Below, in pieces: positions 12,805 to 25,750 of a DNA stretch of 64,000 bases; position 1 is the stretch's first letter, and every line of letters begins with the position of its first letter. This DNA is from Octopus bimaculoides. Its lineage: Eukaryota. The notes below the pieces were generated by a model. It searched no databases and was not told the DNA's origin. It saw only the letters and a program-made list of their open reading frames with translations. The translations under genes were made by a program, and so were the position numbers. Location: the NCBI RefSeq assembly GCF_001194135.2, contig NC_068993.1, forward strand, positions 12,885,284 through 12,949,283, in the 5' to 3' direction.

Positions 12805-13718
12805 GAGTGTATTTGTCCGCTTGCATTTGTTTCAATACGTTTCTGCATTTGGGTGTATATGTCAGTCAATTTAACTAAAGTATGTACGCCTGTATGTATA
12901 TAATGCATGTAAATAATGTGTGCAGCATGTATGTGCGTGTACATGCGAATGTGTAAATATATGTGATCAAGGATATACAAATATGTGTGCGTATATATTT
13001 GCATGTATTTGTAGGAACATGTGTATATATATGTATGCATGTGTATGTACATATGTATTTGTGTGTGTGCATTAATTGATGTGCATACGTGTCTATATAT
13101 TTAGCAAGCTATCTCTTTATCTCTGTCTTCAGTTTCCCTTCTACAATACATTTTAACTATTTAAGCAAGTATCCTTCTATTCATCTGTCTCCATATGTAT
13201 ACATGTACCAATATGTCTGCCTTATTTGCTTCCTTAAGCAAGTTATCCAACTATGCGAAACGACACAATGTTTATATTTCTCATCAAAAGACAAGAGGCT
13301 ACCAAAATGTCTTTGAGTAGGTTTTATATTTGCGCCTGTACGATGTATGTTGAGTTCGTTCTCTGTATATGCGTTGTATGGTGAGTCTGTATGGTGAGTC
13401 TGTATGTGTGATTAATTTTCTGTGTTTGTATGTGAAGATATATATGCGTGCATGGTATGTATGCTATGTATGTTGTACATCTACGTGTGTATGTGTAGTG
13501 TTTGTGTCATACGTGTCTTTGTGAAGTATATTGTACTGTTGTGAGAGTATGTGCTTGTGAGTTTAATGGAAGTTGTGTGTATGTATATATATGAGGTATT
13601 CTAGGACCATGTATTTGTAAATTATGGCTTGTATGTACAACATATATAAGCGATGTATGTCAAGTTTTCTACTCTCTATCTACCTACACACACATCTGTC
13701 TATGTATGTATGTATAAC

Positions 13719-13749
<31 letters not shown>

Positions 13750-13848
13750 TGTATATGCGCACACATGTATTCATATATCCTTCAAATTCATGCGAGCAAA
13801 CGCACACACACTCAGTCATTTTTCTTGCCTTCTTTCTTCTCATTTCTC

Positions 13849-13892
<44 letters not shown>

Positions 13893-13900
13893 TCTCTCTC

Positions 13901-13933
<33 letters not shown>

Positions 13934-14270
13934 TCGCTTCTCTTCTCTATCTCTGTTAAATGTATTTACTTATTATATTTGTTCCTTTCATACAGGCATT
14001 ATCGTTTTCTTCTGTCATTGGTTTTATTTGTTTGTTCCTTTCTTTGCCTGTAAGATTATGTTTCACGATCTCTTATGACACACAACCAACTCTCTCTCTC
14101 TCCATCAGCTAGCTACTCTATAATGCACAGCAGACGCACCTTTTTGTTTGTCCCTTTCGGCACTTACCACCAAACGACCCACAAACTACCTACCAAACTA
14201 CATCTCGGCCATGCCCTTACTCATATTCATGTCACCACTAATCTTCCTAGAGAGGTTACACTGTCTAGTC

Positions 14271-14559
14271 CAGTGTTTCACAACTGGGGCCTATATGACC
14301 CCTGGGGCCTATATGACCCCTGGGGCCTATATGACCCCTGGGGCCCATAGCAAAGTTTTAAATTGGCTAGGTTTCTCTCTCTAACATCTTACATTAATCT
14401 ACTCAAGTTAATGTGGGAAAAACAAAATAGGAAGTTTGAAATATCTATAAAGCAAGTTTTTTAAATATCGAATGGGTATGTGGTGGTGGGGATTTGGAAC
14501 CGGAGTAAAATAGTTACCAAAGGGCTCTATAGGTAGAAAAAATTGTTGAGAACAACAGA
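14271..14559. mobile_element. hAT (Charlie-like) MITE
   Basis: Left end CAGTGTTTCACAAC and right end GTTGAGAACAACAG (10/14 complementary, near the CAGTGGTTCTCAAC type). Degenerate 8-bp TSD gtctagtc (14263-70) / atttagtc (14560-67). Confidence 0.6.
14284..14345. repeat. 18-bp tandem repeat CTGGGGCCTATATGACCC x3.4
   Basis: Three perfect units plus a partial unit, inside the hAT MITE. Confidence 0.95.
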
Positions 14560-14862
14560 TTTAGTCCTTCGAAATGTTGAACATGACAGCCAAGTCTCAT
14601 TTAAATCCTACTATGAACCGTTAGATAGACAATGGAAGAAAACTACGATAAATTATTTTTTAGAAAGGACAAAACGGTGAAGGTCAAATCTTTGATACTG
14701 AATTTATTTGATCGAGAATAACCTGGGGTTAAATAAAAGCAACCTCTACCCGATTCTAAACCTTAACGAAATTAATGACAATCAGCCTACCAACCAACGA
14801 AACAAACGACTGGCCGACTTCTCATCAGAAACCTTAGATTTCCGATAATATTATTTTTGTTT

Positions 14863-15315
14863 GAGGCGGCGAGCTGGCAGAATCGTTAGCGCGCCGGGCA
14901 AAATACTTAGCGGCACTTCGCCTGTGTTCATGTTCTGAGTTCAAATTCCGCCAAGGTCGACTCCGCTTTTCATCCTTTCAGGATCGATAAAATAAGTACT
15001 AGTTAAGTAGCAGGGTTAAAGTAATCGATTTCTCCCCTCCTTTGAACTTGCTGGTCCTGAGCCAGAAATTCGAAACCAATATTATCATCGTTGTTTAAGG
15101 CAGTGAACTTGCAGAATCGTTAGCACGCCGGTTGAAATGCGTAGCGGCATTTCGTCCGTCTTCACGTTATTAGTTCAAATACCAGCGGGGGTCGACTTTG
15201 CATTTTAGCCTCTTGGGAGTCGATAAAATAAGTAGCAGTTGAGTACAGGGGTTGACTAGTAACCCTCCCCCGAAACTGCTGTCTCTGTGCCAAAAGGTGA
15301 AACCATTATTATTAT
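14863..15315 (+). mobile_element. Head-to-tail dimer of SINE family A (14863-15085; 15097-15315)
   Basis: Two consecutive head-core-tail units in the same orientation. Confidence 0.85.
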
Positions 15316-15569
15316 CATCGTCCTCACAATCCACAGTCACCATTTTTGATACATCGCCACTATTATCAACTTCCTAATCAACGTTGATGTGTTCATCATC
15401 ATCATCGTCATCACCATTCTCATCATTATTTCTGTCACAGTCATCATTTTTGCTACAACGCCCTTATCATCATCTTCATCATCACAATCACTATTCTCCT
15501 CATTGACTTCATCACGAACGTCATCAATATGGCAATCATTGACGTCATTAACATTATTGTTTTTATCCT

Positions 15570-15860
15570 TACCAATAATATTAATCGCTGTGATCACCAT
15601 CGTCGTCACCACCACCATCATCACCACCACCATCGTCGTCACCACCATCATCACCACCACCACCATCATCACCACCACCATCATCACCACCACCATCATC
15701 ACCACCACCATCATCACCACCACCACCATCATCATCACCACCATCATCACCACCACCATCATCACCATCATCATCACCACCACCGTCATCACCATCACCA
15801 TCATCACCACCACCAACGTCATCACCACCACCATCATCACCACCATCAGCGTTGAATATC
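15570..15860. repeat. Compound (CAC)/(CAT) trinucleotide microsatellite
   Basis: Directly visible; it generates spurious poly-His, poly-Thr/Ile and poly-Gly/Asp ORFs. Confidence 0.95.
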
Positions 15861-16468
15861 TTCACCCTCGTCGTCATCACCAACATCGTCGTTTTTCTTA
15901 ACAGCAGAATCAAATCTTGTCGTCGTTGTCATCGTCATCATCATCATCATCATCATCTTTGTCACCGAGGTTATTGTTTTGGAACAACTATAACAAAAAA
16001 TCTCCTACTACTACTATTGCTACTACTTATTTTCTTCCTCTTCCTTCTTCTTTCTCTTCTGCCTCTTTCTCAGCAGAAGATAATATATTGCCGTCGCAAC
16101 TTCTACAAAGTTTACTCTCCAGATTGTGTGTGCCCCGCAAAATTTTAATGGTAGCGGTAGAGTGAGAATGGTTGTCGTTTTGCAGTTGTTGTTGCTGTTA
16201 TAAGTGGTGATGGTGGGGTGTGCTACTGTTGGTGGGTGATGGTTTTAAGGAGATTTGCATTAAAGACAACGTTTTTCAGTGTACATTGCGGTTTACGTCT
16301 GGAAAATGTCCGCCATCTTCTGTCGCCCTCGTTGTTATAACAATGACAATACGAAGTACATCTTAGTTTTCTCTAGTAACGTATGTAGGTTGATAACCAT
16401 AATAGTGTGATAATGTACAAAGCTGCGGTTCTTTTTGTATGCATATGTATGTACACACACGTGTGTGC

Positions 16469-16520
<52 letters not shown>

Positions 16521-16971
16521 CACATACATATATATGTGGTGTGTGAATGTATGTATGAGTTTTAAAATGGACATGTACGTGTGAACTCGTATGTAAGTAA
16601 ATACATGGTCATGTGAGAGAGAGAGAGAGAGGAGAGTGCGAGTAAGTCCTGTCGTTGTGGTGGATGTGATGAGAGATGTTGTGCCTATGGTCGTGATTGA
16701 TGTGTGTATTGTTGTTGTTGTTGTTGTTGTTGTTGTCGCTCTTCCTACTTCATGCCAGCTGCTTGGTCATCAATGTCAAAAATTGTAAGGGGCGGCCAAA
16801 GAAACTTGTCACAAAAGTAAATTCACCCACCCCTTCTTTACCTCCTAACGTACCTTTTCCACTGTTAACGATTGCACACACACACACCTACTTGCGCCAT
16901 CCATTACACACACACACACACATGTGTTTATATATATATATATATAATGTGTGTGTATATGTATATATGCG

Positions 16972-17003
<32 letters not shown>

Positions 17004-17039
17004 TATGTATATATGCGTATATATATATATGTATATATG

Positions 17040-17088
<49 letters not shown>

Positions 17089-17366
17089 NNNNNNNNNNNN
17101 NNNNNNNNNNNNNNNNNNNNNNNNNNNNNNNNNNNNNNNNNNNNNNNNNNNNNNNNNNNNNNNNNNNNNNNNNNNNNNNNNNNNNNNNNNNNNNNNNNNN
17201 NNNNNNNNNNNNNNNNNNNNNNNNNNNNNNNNNNNNNNNNNNNNNNNNNNNNNNNNNNNNNNNNNNNNNNNNNNNNNNNNNNNNNNNNNNNNNNNNNNNN
17301 NNNNNNNNNNNNNNNNNNNNNNNNNNNNNNNNNNNNNNNNNNNNNNNNNNNNNNNNNNNNNNNATG

Positions 17367-17435
<69 letters not shown>

Positions 17436-18050
17436 TCCATTAAGCATCTGCTCACCGGCAAATATATTTCCCTCACTACCTTTCTTACTGAGACAATTAT
17501 CCATATAGGCGCGCATATGAACTGAGAAATAATGTGTGTGTGTGTGTTTGTGTGTGTGTACTGTCTAAAATTACATTGGGATTTCATGTTGTGCAGAAAC
17601 ATACACGCCCACAAACGCAGACATATATAACATATATACTCTTTATGTGCACTTAGGACACTATCGAAGTATATTCGTTGTTTAACTTCCATAGAAACTG
17701 TGTAGCGATTACAGAAACACATGTAACTCGTAACAGAGTAAGTTAACAGGAGGTCGAAATCAAATCCGTCGCATAAACTTTATACACAACTCGAGGACAG
17801 CTGAAGTAATCATTGCACGAAATGATGTAACTAGCACTTGGTAAAATCATTGTGTGGCCTCTACGTCGAATATCGTACTGTTTCTTAAAAACAGTAGAGC
17901 AATGGAAACCGTATCAACTCCATTTGTGGTTGTCACACATTCTCGCATACGCATGTCTATCACACACACACATAACTTTTATATGCCCTCTAACGAACCA
18001 CACCTTAGCAAATCTATATAATTGTCTCAAAAGCATGTAAACCGAAACAT

Positions 18051-18257
18051 GTATATTAAAGATGAGGAAGGCCGGTTTATGGGATTACCTTAGGTTTCCC
18101 GTCTATAATGGGTTTATCTTTATGGTGTATCGTCAGATCCCAAACTTGTTGGCCAACGGGTTTTGGGACCTCACAATACATCACAAAGCTAAACCCTTTA
18201 TAGACGGGGAACCTTAAGCAATCCCATAAACCAGCCTTCTCCATTTTTAATATATAC
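18051..18257. mobile_element. Foldback (palindromic) MITE
   Basis: Arms of about 95 bp, roughly 80% complementary, around a loop of about 15 nt. Ends gtatattaaagatg.../...catttttaatatatac. Confidence 0.8.
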
Positions 18258-18549
18258 TGCTCTATATCGTAGAATGTGCTTCTTCCTTCTGATTTTTTTT
18301 TTTTATTTGAGAGAGAGCGAGAGTCTCAAAATTTAAACAGAAACACACCAAAAGAACTGATGATGAACGAACAACGTCTCGTGTAGTCTCTGGATTTTCC
18401 GTTTGTTCCTTTGTTGTGTTTCTGTTTCAATTTGGAACTTATTAGTTAATATAACGCTACGCGCCATTCTTATTTTTATTTATCTCTCTCTTCCTCTCTC
18501 TGTCTCCATATATATGTATGTATATGTAGATCGCTACCCATTACACATT

Positions 18550-18705
18550 CTTTTTTTCTCTCTTTGTTTCTCTTCATGTTTCTTTCTGTGTTCCTTTCTG
18601 TGGAAGAGCATAGGCTCGAAACGTTAAAGATTTTTTCATTTCCCGAGCGTTATACTAATACATCTGTTTGTAGTCTACACCACCTGTCTTCGTCTTTTGT
18701 TTTTC
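18550..18705 (+). mobile_element. Penelope-like pLTR remnant with minimal hammerhead-like motif (copy 2)
   Basis: Homologous to 2628-2770. CTTT-CTGTGGAA-GAGC atag GCTC-GAAAC-GTT-AAAG at 18594-18629. Confidence 0.55.
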
Positions 18706-19335
18706 TTTTTGAGAATTAATCATATATATATATATATATATATACCAGAAGAAGAAGAATTGGAGCCTCTCAATCTCTTGTAAGACAATGGAATAATTCA
18801 TTTCTATGATGCTGGCTTTGCGAAAAATTTTTATACAAATCCAACAATTGCTTTTACCGCTAATTTCATCCACAGAGAAGGGCAAAACCTAGTAGACCTT
18901 GGTACCAATATCGCTGATGGGGTTGTCTTTCGTCAGTATGCAGAGAGACAGAGCATACGGCAAGACAACTCGTCCGATACACTAACAATCTTGCTTATCC
19001 ACCAATCTGAATCGCTGTTGCATTTTAGAGCGAAAGGCATGTTTGCTAGACTGGCGGATTCGAGTGGAAACGAAGCACAGTTGCATGACTCTCGGTCTAA
19101 AACAGCCATTGTTATGATTGTCTCGTACCCGAAACTATTCCAAGTGTGATCACCTCGTACATTTTCATGACTAACCCATACACACACAGACAAGTGCACA
19201 CATATACTTCTATACGGTATACTCACAGATGTGCATGCACATACTGTTTCAATATGTAAGTATGGTTTTGTGTGTATGTTTGTGTGCGTAATTCCGTATC
19301 TATCAATGTGTCTGTCTGTTTATATATACACATTA

Positions 19336-19440
19336 ATGTATGCCTGTAAGTGTGTATATACAAATGTATGCCTGTAAGTGTGTATATACAAATGTATGCC
19401 TGTAAGTGTGTATATACAAATGTATGTCTGTAAGTGTATA
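19336..19440. repeat. 28-bp minisatellite (gtatgcctgtaagtgtgtatatacaaat) x about 3.7
   Basis: Directly visible tandem units. Confidence 0.9.
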
Positions 19441-19484
19441 TATGCATGTGTATATGCCTGTATGCATATACATGAATACATACG

Positions 19485-19518
<34 letters not shown>

Positions 19519-19651
19519 TACATACATGCGCACACATACATTTATAGGTATACACATGAGTAAGTATCTCTTTCTCTCTCTCTCTCTCTACATATANNNN
19601 NNNNNNNNNNNNNNNNNNNNNNNNNNNNNNNNNNNNNNNNNNNNNNNNNNN

Positions 19652-19683
<32 letters not shown>

Positions 19684-20329
19684 CCTTGGTTTTGTGAGCG
19701 TGTGTGTGTGTATATATATTTATATATATATATTTATATCCTTTAAGTAAACACATGTCTTTCATAATTTACCAGAAATCTCTTCTCTGCTATCCTCTAT
19801 TAAGTTTGTCATGACATCACTGGAAGATATGGGCTTGTCAATTATGCATGGTCTGGGGCTCTCTACACAAAATGCACTTTCTGGAAAAGCAAAAAAAGAA
19901 AGAGGAAGGATTAATTCTTACTAAGACTTTAAAAAGCCTTTCTGAGCCTTTATGGAATGTGACAATATTAGTGGGACTGTCTTCTAAAAGTTATACATTT
20001 ATTTTTTTCCCACGTCTTTTGTATACATATGTTAGGAATAGGCTAACACCCTTGCACACACTATCTCTCTCTCTCTCACACACACACATATATAAATATG
20101 TATGTGCGTATTAGACACATATACACACTTTAGAAATACTCACATACTCACGCAAATGCATTTTTCTCCCTTTGTTCTAAGAAACTACTCCTATCATCTC
20201 CATTTGACGTACAAAGTATATACATGTGTGTAGAGATAGATTAAGAAAGACTGACAGACAGGCAGCTAGAATTAGATACATATACGTTAGTTTAAATAAG
20301 AAGTTATGAGAGTACTATACTCCTAAAGT

Positions 20330-20589
20330 GGAGGCGCGTGGCTTAGTGGTTAGGGTGCCATTACCATGATCGTAAGATTGTTGTTTCGATTCATGGACCG
20401 GGCGAGGCGTTGTGTCCTTCAGCAAAACACTTCATTTCATGTTGCTCCAGTCCACTCAGCTGGCAAAAATGAGTAACGCGGCGATGGACTGGCGTCTCGT
20501 CCATCTGGGGAACACGTACGCCACTGAAACCGGGAAACCGGACCCATGAGCCTAGCTAGGCTTTAAAAGGGCGCATTCATTTATTTTAT
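20330..20589 (+). mobile_element. Full-length tRNA-derived SINE with target-site duplication
   Basis: A-box TGGCTTAGTGG, B-box GTTTCGATTC, CORE-like 'gtgtccttcagcaaaacac...ttgctccagtccactcagctg', V-domain-like 'gcgatggactggcgtc'. TSD tatactcctaaa at 20316-20327 and 20590-20601. Confidence 0.9.
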
Positions 20590-23341
20590 TATACTCCTAA
20601 AAGTACTCTCATAATATTGCAAGCTCTCGAAGTTTCTCTTTACTGCTCTCCGGACGAAGATCTATTTCACGAAATATATATATATGTGTATGTATGTGTG
20701 TAATGTATGTATGCATGTAATGTATGTATGGAAATATACTAATATACGTATATGTATTTAAGTATGCATTTATATGCATATGTTCGTATGTATAAGTGTG
20801 AGAATGTGTACATAGAAGCATGATATAGTTTTGCGATGTTCTTAATAATACCAAAGCTGATTGATTTAAGCCCCAGCGATGGCTGCTCTGCTGTTCATTG
20901 TGCACCAGTGTTAGTGACACCTAATGAAGTGAGTGGCTTTCGGAATGAACATCCCTTGTCTTGCTGCTTCCATACAAACCTCGACTTGATGGATGAAGTG
21001 CAGTGTACATACATACCATTCTGTTTTAGACACTGAAAGCTAATGGGGTTCGCAAGATTAGAACAGGAAAGGAGGCTGTTTTGCCACGATTAAGACACTA
21101 GTTAAAACGTTTCGTTGACCTATGGTCAAAGAGAGCAAAGAATATCCGGACAGCCGTTAAATATTTCAAGAGACATAGTGATGAAAATTCTCTGAGTGTG
21201 TGTGTATTTGCGTGTAATGCAAACAGAAACAGAAAGCAAGATAGAGAGAGAGAGAGATATATATATATAACGATAAAAAGAGAGGGTTGCTGAGAGAAGC
21301 AGAAAGAAAGAGTGAAAGACAAGAACAGATAGGGGAACTGAAATATCTAGAATGAAAGAGAAAGAGAGAGGGTGAGAGAGATGAGAATGGGAAAGACAGA
21401 GAGACGTAAAAATAAAAGCACTCTTCATTGATTCCTTGTTTTGAATTATTAAACAGATCTAAAGAGATATTCAGACGAAAATTTAGCTTTGCTGTATTTT
21501 TGTCATTTGATTTTTTTATTATTTATTATCATTTTTTTTACCCATTACACTGTCTGTACATTGAAAGTTTTATATTTTTATTTGTATCTTTATTCTTATC
21601 ATTTCTATTTTATTTTTTTAAAGACCGGCTTGGAGCCACTTGGAGTTTCCTACAATTACAATTCTAACCCCAAACCTATTTCATACACTCATGTATTCAC
21701 ACACACATACACACACATGCACGCACATTCAAGCCACATATACATGTATATACACACTGGCGCGTGCAACACGCACACATATACAGATATAAAACCTTAT
21801 AGATTATATGTATACACACGTGTGTATCTATGGGCGTGTGTTCGGTTCCACAAACAGACGAATATCTGTTTAAATTTCTCTATTCTAAAAATTGTATATT
21901 TGAAAAAGACAATACAAATTCACATGTTTTATTCAAATTTGTATATAATTATTGAAATATATTTATATGTGTACCTGTATATACATACCACCATACTTAC
22001 ATATATACCTCCATATATAGATTTATAATATGTCGGTTTGTGTATACGCAAGCACCATTATACATATGTAAAAATCGAAGCGTTTGTAGTCTGCAAAGAC
22101 TTACAATCGTTTTATGAACTTGTAATATAAACAGTGGTATATATTCAATTATTGATTCTGACTTTTATTTTCTTTCAATTTATACCGAAAAGAATACTGA
22201 CGCTTCTTTCTGTCTAGATAATTTACCTATATATATATATATATATATCGTATATGTGTTTATATGTAAGTGAATATATATATATTACCAAACTTTATTT
22301 CTCGTACTTATTGCGACTTAACTTGCATCACATCCATGATTGGTAATGTTTAGAAAAGTTTAGATGTGTTTCTTCTGCATTAAGTATTGGCATCAATGTT
22401 TTTGTATATACATTTTATATGATAGCTATTCTATTCCAATTTGCCTACACGCAGTCTCTCCCTCTTAACTTTCGCCTGTATCCCTCTATCTATTTCTCTC
22501 GCTATCTCTTTCACACACTCACACAGAGATGTGTACGTGTATACATATTGATACTGAGACGTATCTGTTTATTTCTACATAATTATTACAGAGAATTCAT
22601 ATCCCTATTCAATAACAGCTAATTGTCTTGTTATAACTGTACACAGTACCCTGTGTCTATTTTAAATGTTTATGAATGATAGCCCTATGTATTGCGTGTG
22701 GTTTCACCAGTTCAGTGTATGTTGCAGATTGTGGAGAACTTAAAAACTTTGTAGTTATAAGTAAATACTGTATTTTTCATGTTCGATGTTAATATTTCTT
22801 ATAAGTAGATGTTGGTGTGAAGGCATATTATACCAAAGTTTTGCTCTTAGTACTTCTCTATTGATTCCTAGGGCGACTTTGTTTTTAACGCTGCTGACAA
22901 CACCGAATTTAATGGTGGTGCGTAGGTGTCGAAACCATAATGATATCCGTCAGGCAGCAGATGATGAGAGTGTATGTTTGATGTACTTGTTTGTGAATAC
23001 ATTGTACAATTAATGTCGTTGTTCTGAGTTGTCTTTCATTCTCATAAAGTTGGTGATATTCATGATCAACACTAGGTTTGTAAAACGTAAGTGATTTTTA
23101 ATTAGAAATTAATTATTTTTTCTTCTAATACATAGGGTGCTACTTCTTTTTTTGTCCACAACCTGGACTTGAGCTTAAACTAATAGCTTTCGATATTTCA
23201 TCCAAATTTTCTACCTTCGTATAGCTACCATAATACGCATATGAATGCGCGTATGAAACCCCATCCCCCCACAGTACACACATATTAGGGGTGTACAAAT
23301 TTTGAAATTTTTCGTCATTGGCAATCGTAACTATTTTGCTG

Positions 23342-23480
23342 ATAGACTTTGCCTTTCATCGTTTTGGGGTCGATAAATTAAGTACCAGTTACACACTGGG
23401 GTCGATGTAATCGACTTAATCCCTTTGTCTAACCTTGTTTGTCCCCTCTATGTTTAGCCCCTTGTGGGCAATAAAGAAAT
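23342..23480 (+). mobile_element. 5'-truncated SINE family A, tail type 2
   Basis: Core followed by 'cttaatccctttgtc...ttagccccttgtgggcaataaagaaata', the same tail as 55040-55108, then (GATA)n. Confidence 0.85.
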
Positions 23481-23515
<35 letters not shown>

Positions 23516-23707
23516 GCATTTACATGTGCGCTTAATTTTGTGCGGGTGGTGGTAGGGCCTACAGGGTAAATACTATCTGTGTAGTTGTGCTTCTTTATAT
23601 GTATGGAAACGTAAATTGCGCGTTCGTATTTTGTTGTTTAGTCAATTATTATGCTCATTTAACATGCAAACACATGGCAGAGCAAGTGCCTCAACATAGG
23701 CAAGTAC

Positions 23708-23740
<33 letters not shown>

Positions 23741-23811
23741 TTACACACTTACACATACAATCACATACAAACACACACATGCTTACACACACATTCCTAT
23801 ATGCATGCATA

Positions 23812-23868
<57 letters not shown>

Positions 23869-24170
23869 NNNNNNNNNNNNNNNNNNNNNNNNNNNNNNNN
23901 NNNNNNNNNNNNNNNNNNNNNNNNNNNNNNNNNNNNNNNNNNNNNNNNNNNNNNNNNNNNNNNNNTTATAAGTGTGTTAATCTTTATGTGGGTAAGGTTA
24001 AGAGTGAGAGAGAGATTAAGGAGACAAAGAGAGTGAGGGCTTGTGTTTAAGTAACCCAACTCTGCTTGTCATCATACTGTTCTTAGTATACCCCCCCCCC
24101 ACCGCATATATGAAAGTCACATTCGTTCATGTGAGTGAATATGGACGAGAAAGTCAGACAAACTGGGAAT

Positions 24171-24205
<35 letters not shown>

Positions 24206-24297
24206 AGCGTGTGCACATACACAGAGAGAGAGGAGGGGTGAATAATTATCTCAAGATTTCTCATTTTCTTACTCTGAGCCCTTCATCTGCCTATTCA

Positions 24298-24339
<42 letters not shown>

Positions 24340-24449
24340 CTCTCTATTTCTCTTTCCTTATTGTCTGCCATTATGTTAATATGTATACGTGTACATATAT
24401 TCATGTAGTAATAACATATATTCGCATGAATTGACGTATTTGTGTGTGC

Positions 24450-24487
<38 letters not shown>

Positions 24488-25351
24488 AAACTGCTAATTC
24501 TTGTAGCAATATAAAATATACAAATGTTTCTTTTTTCTTAATGTAAAAACATATCCACCATTAAAACATTGAAAGTTATCTGACACCGATTCTGTCTATC
24601 ATGAATTCAGTTCTTAAACCTTAAACAGCTAAACGAGAGGAGTGAGTGTATATTTTCTATTTTATCAAGAGATGATTAACTTAGATTAGATATAAAGAAT
24701 TGACTCAATTACTATATATAAAACTGGGCTTGTACCCAACGAATTCTAATGTAATGTAAACTGATTGTTTTCTTCTTTCTCATACGTTTCGTGTAACTAA
24801 ATAGTTTGACGTGAAACTGAAAGCTAACTCTGGTTTTCCTGTAAAAAAAAAAAATGAAATAAAATGGCGTCGTATCACTATTAATAAAACATATGTTTTT
24901 AATCCTGTACATAATTGTGGATAAATGAAGAAAATTAAATACTGCAGGATTTATCGGTTAAATTAGAATGTATGTAAAGAATTTTTATTTCAGTAACAAC
25001 AAAACTGCTTTCGAGCTATACAGACAAAAAACGCGATCTTTCTAACTTCACAGATTAATGGCTAACTTCGAAAATTTCGTATTGAAATACAAATAAGTTT
25101 TAAATGTAAATAGTAAGAATATAAAGCATAAATGTTTTAAAATTTAATCGTATTAATTAGAAATAGGCATTAAATAAAATACTTTAAGGTCTCTAAAAGA
25201 AACATGTATGAAGAGTTTTGTTTTGAAATAAAAATATCCTTAAGGAATTTAAACAGAAAAAATATAAGCCTAAAATGTTTGAAAGACACACCGTATAAAT
25301 TAAAAAAAAACGTATTAATAATGGTTTAGCACCCTATAATGCATATATAGA

Positions 25352-25396
<45 letters not shown>

Positions 25397-25499
25397 NNNN
25401 NNNNNNATATAAAACCAATTATTTTCTTAAACTATACCGCTAAAATCTGTCAGGGATCGTCTATTTTTAGAATAGGTTTTAGAAATTGATAAATGTCTG

Positions 25500-25750
25500 T
25501 CTTATTTGAGCAACCTTACCGTGGAGAGAGAAAGTGGGATCAACTGAACAGTTGCTTCGGGTATCACTATAGTTTCCTCTGCAATCGTTTACCTACTATG
25601 ATTTCTATGAGGTGCGCCAAATACCAGAATCGTTTGCAGTATTCTAGGGAAAGAGATAGTTGGCACAGCTATTCCCAGTAGAAATTGGCTGTAGGTTATT
25701 ACCTGTCCAGTCGCTATGGAGAATACTTAAAGCCTTTGGAGTGAGAGGAA
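25500..25750 (+). pseudogene. Possible highly decayed LINE (RTE-like) reverse transcriptase fragment
   Basis: Manual translation gives 'EVRQIPES...QSLWRILKAFGVRG', reminiscent of the RT segments 'LRQI.EK' and 'SLW.IL..YG'. Several stops. Confidence 0.25.

Noticed and set aside
15337-15913. Poly-His, poly-Thr/Ile and poly-Gly/Asp ORFs
   Set aside because: They are translations of a CAC/CAT microsatellite, open in several frames on both strands, with no unique coding content.
16759-16784. Possible 26-nt + exon (CLVINVKN)
   Set aside because: The donor ATT|GTAAGG is modest and the acceptor tract derives from a (TTG)n repeat; not distinguishable from background.
21100-21130. Minus-strand hairpin TTGACC-ata-GGTCAA followed by CGAAACGTT
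   Set aside because: It has the hammerhead 3' half only, with no CUGANGA-like core upstream.
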